A stretch of DNA of 64,000 bases from positions 11,222,001 to 11,286,000 of the forward strand of contig NC_043003.1 in the NCBI RefSeq assembly GCF_006345805.1, read 5' to 3'. The notes beneath the pieces are model-generated. The model ran no database searches and had not been told where the DNA came from. It saw only the letters and a list, made by a program, of their open reading frames with translations. This document shows positions 61,580 to 64,000 of this stretch, piece after piece; the stretch's first letter is position 1; each line of letters starts with the position of its first letter. The translations under genes and the position numbers were made by a program. The DNA is from Octopus sinensis. Taxonomy: Eukaryota.

Positions 61580-61960
61580 TTCTTTTATTTGTTTCAGTCA
61601 TTTGACTGTGGCCATGCTGGAGCACCACCTTTAGTCGAACACATCGACCCCAGGACTTATTCTTTGTAAGCCTAGTGCTTATTCTATCGGTCTCTTTTGC
61701 CGAACAGCTGAGTTACGGGGACATAAACACACCAACATTGATTGTCAAGCACTGTTGGGGGGACAAACACAGACACACACACACACTCACACACACACAC
61801 CCATACATATATATGATAAGCTTCTTTCAGTTTCCATCTACCAAATCCACTCACAAGGCTTTGCTCGGCCTGAGGCTAAAGTAAAAGACACTTACCCAAG
61901 TTGCCACGCAGTGGGACTGAACCTGGAACCATGTGGTTGATAAGCAAGCTACCACTCCTG
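61580..61960 (-). mobile_element. SINE family A
   Basis: Reverse complement of the family A consensus. Confidence 0.85.
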
Positions 61961-62189
61961 CACCTTTAGATATATATATATATATATATAGGGAGAATTC
62001 ACAAAAAGAAATAAAAGATGAAGACATACATACACACACACACACATACACACATACATACATACATACATACAAAAGGTCATAATGTTGGAAAATAACA
62101 ACTACAGCAGCAATTGAAGCAACCACATATATCACATGACTTTTGGCAGACAATTCCTTGGATTTCATATAAGCATTATCATCATCATC

Positions 62190-62820
62190 ATCATCATTAT
62201 CATCCTCATAGTCATTTAACGACTGTTTTCCATGCTGGTATGGGTTAGACAGGTTGACAGGAGTTGGTAAGCTTGAAGGCTGTACCAGGTTCCAGTTGTC
62301 TGTTTTGAAATGGTTTCTATGGTTGGATGCCAACCACTTTACAGAGTGTACTGGATGCTTTTTTTTTTACATGGAACCAGCCCCAGAGCTTTATATATGG
62401 CCCCAGCAGAGGTGCTTTATATGTGTGGAACCAACACAGGCACTTTTCATGTGGCACAAGCACAGGTGTTTTTTACATGGCACCAACATGGGTGCTTTTC
62501 ATGTAGCACCAGCACAGGTGCTTTATGTGTGGCACTAGCATGGGTGCTTTACATGTGGCACCGGCACAAGTGTTTCATATGTGGTACCAACATGAGTACA
62601 TAGCACCAGCACAAGTGTTTTATATGTGGCACCAACATGATGCTTTTCATGTAGCACTAGCACAGGTGCTTTATGTGTGGCACTAGCATGGGTGCTTTAT
62701 ATGTGGCACTGGCACCAGTGCTTCATATGTGGTAACCAACATGAGTGCTTCATACATAGCACCAGCACGAGTGTTTTGTGTGGCACCAGCACAGATTCTT
62801 TTTTACATGGTAGCAACACA
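62190..62820 (-). mobile_element. RTE-type 3' tail with an about 21-bp minisatellite expansion
   Basis: catcatc..catttaacgactgttttccatgctggtatggg; unit gcaccagcacaggtgctttatgtgtg, about 18 copies. Confidence 0.75.
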
Positions 62821-64000
62821 TAAAAACATAATTCTAAGTTCGTCTAAGACAATGCAAGTAGCTTTAAGAGGTCAAAGTTGACTCATAACTCAGTAAATTC
62901 TACAGATTTATTCGTTGATTGTCTCCTTCAGTATTTCATCATCAACATCATCATCATCATCATTTAATGTCTGCTTTCCATGCTGGCATTAGAATATATA
63001 ATGAATGTATTCAAGATAGGACCATTATTCAATTTAATTTATATTAATTTATCATGAGCAAATCAATACAAGATTTATTGATAAATTAAATTAATAAGTT
63101 TGTGTACTACGAGGTGGGGAAGGGTGAATTCTGACATTTTAGGCAGGGCTTTGAAGAAAAAAATAAGAAATATGTTGGTGGCTGTAGGAAGATTTGAATA
63201 ATATCAAGAGGGAAAAATGGTATGGTTAGGCAATAGATCACTGGCTAGGGACCAAGGATCTCCGCTTTCATCACCACCACCACCTAAAAAATAAGAGAGT
63301 GGGAGTGAGTGAGAGAGAGAGAAGATAAAATGTTTTAAGAATATGCATGCCTTTTGTTGGTATAGCTAGAGTGTGTGAGCTACCCAGGACAGCCTGTTAC
63401 TTTGTCCCCTTCCACTATACATGCTTATACAGCATCCCCAAAAGGGCCATCCCTGGATTGGACTGCCTTCCTTGCCCTCATTCTTATTTCTTTACTGCCC
63501 ACAAGGGGCTACACATAGAGGGGACAAACAAAGGGATTAAGTCAATTAGTCAAGAGTACCAGAGCTGTAACCTCTCAATGCAGAGAAGAAGCTTGACCAG
63601 GAGAGACTCCTTGATTTCCAAGTTGTGCACCCTGTCGAGTAACATTACTCCAGAGATCCTTTAGGGGATCCCCATTTCAGCCATTTGCATTTGGGATTGT
63701 GCCTTCATGGTCATGTGTTGGATGAGCAAATTATGAAAGAATAAAATGTAAGTTTCTGCCAAAGCAGCATGGAAAACAGACATTAGATGATGATGATGAT
63801 GATAATGCTTATTTGAAATCCAAGGAATTGTCTGGCACGGATATGCTAAGGAAATCTCATATATCACATGAATTTTGGCAAAGAAAATCTGAAATTCAAT
63901 GTCAGGATTCTCTTTTTATCCATAGTGTAGCTACAGTGTTTACCACTCAGGGCACACATGAGTTTGAGTCTCACACAACAATGTCTGGACAGGTTTGTTT

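Overview
AT-rich, repeat-saturated eukaryotic genomic DNA. The repeat families look like those of coleoid cephalopods (Octopus); this is pattern recognition, not a database result. I find no host protein-coding gene I can support. Almost all long ORFs in the track are artefacts of (TA)n/(CA)n/(ATC)n/(GGT)n microsatellites. The real coding relics are transposon-derived: a near full-length but frameshifted RTE-clade LINE (about 28993-32720, minus) whose RT region carries a PHD-like Cys/His insert, several R4/Dong-like RLE-type LINE fragments with (TAA)n tails, a mariner transposase relic and a triple C2H2 zinc-finger relic. Non-coding mobile DNA includes at least four tRNA-derived SINE families, many RTE 3' tails, non-autonomous Helitrons, TA- and TTAA-flanked MITEs (one deeply nested cluster) and several long foldbacks. 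The most striking unexplained signal is a set of type I hammerhead-ribozyme (HHR) motifs in at least five to seven unrelated short non-coding elements, mostly in or beside (TA)n microsatellites. Two of these elements are about 560-585 nt monomers with a 62-63 nt terminal direct repeat (1.1-mers), and three are arranged as inverted repeats. This suggests a diverse Penelope-pLTR/retrozyme-like ribozyme retroelement population. Every copy here carries one or more deviations from the canonical fold, so activity is untested.
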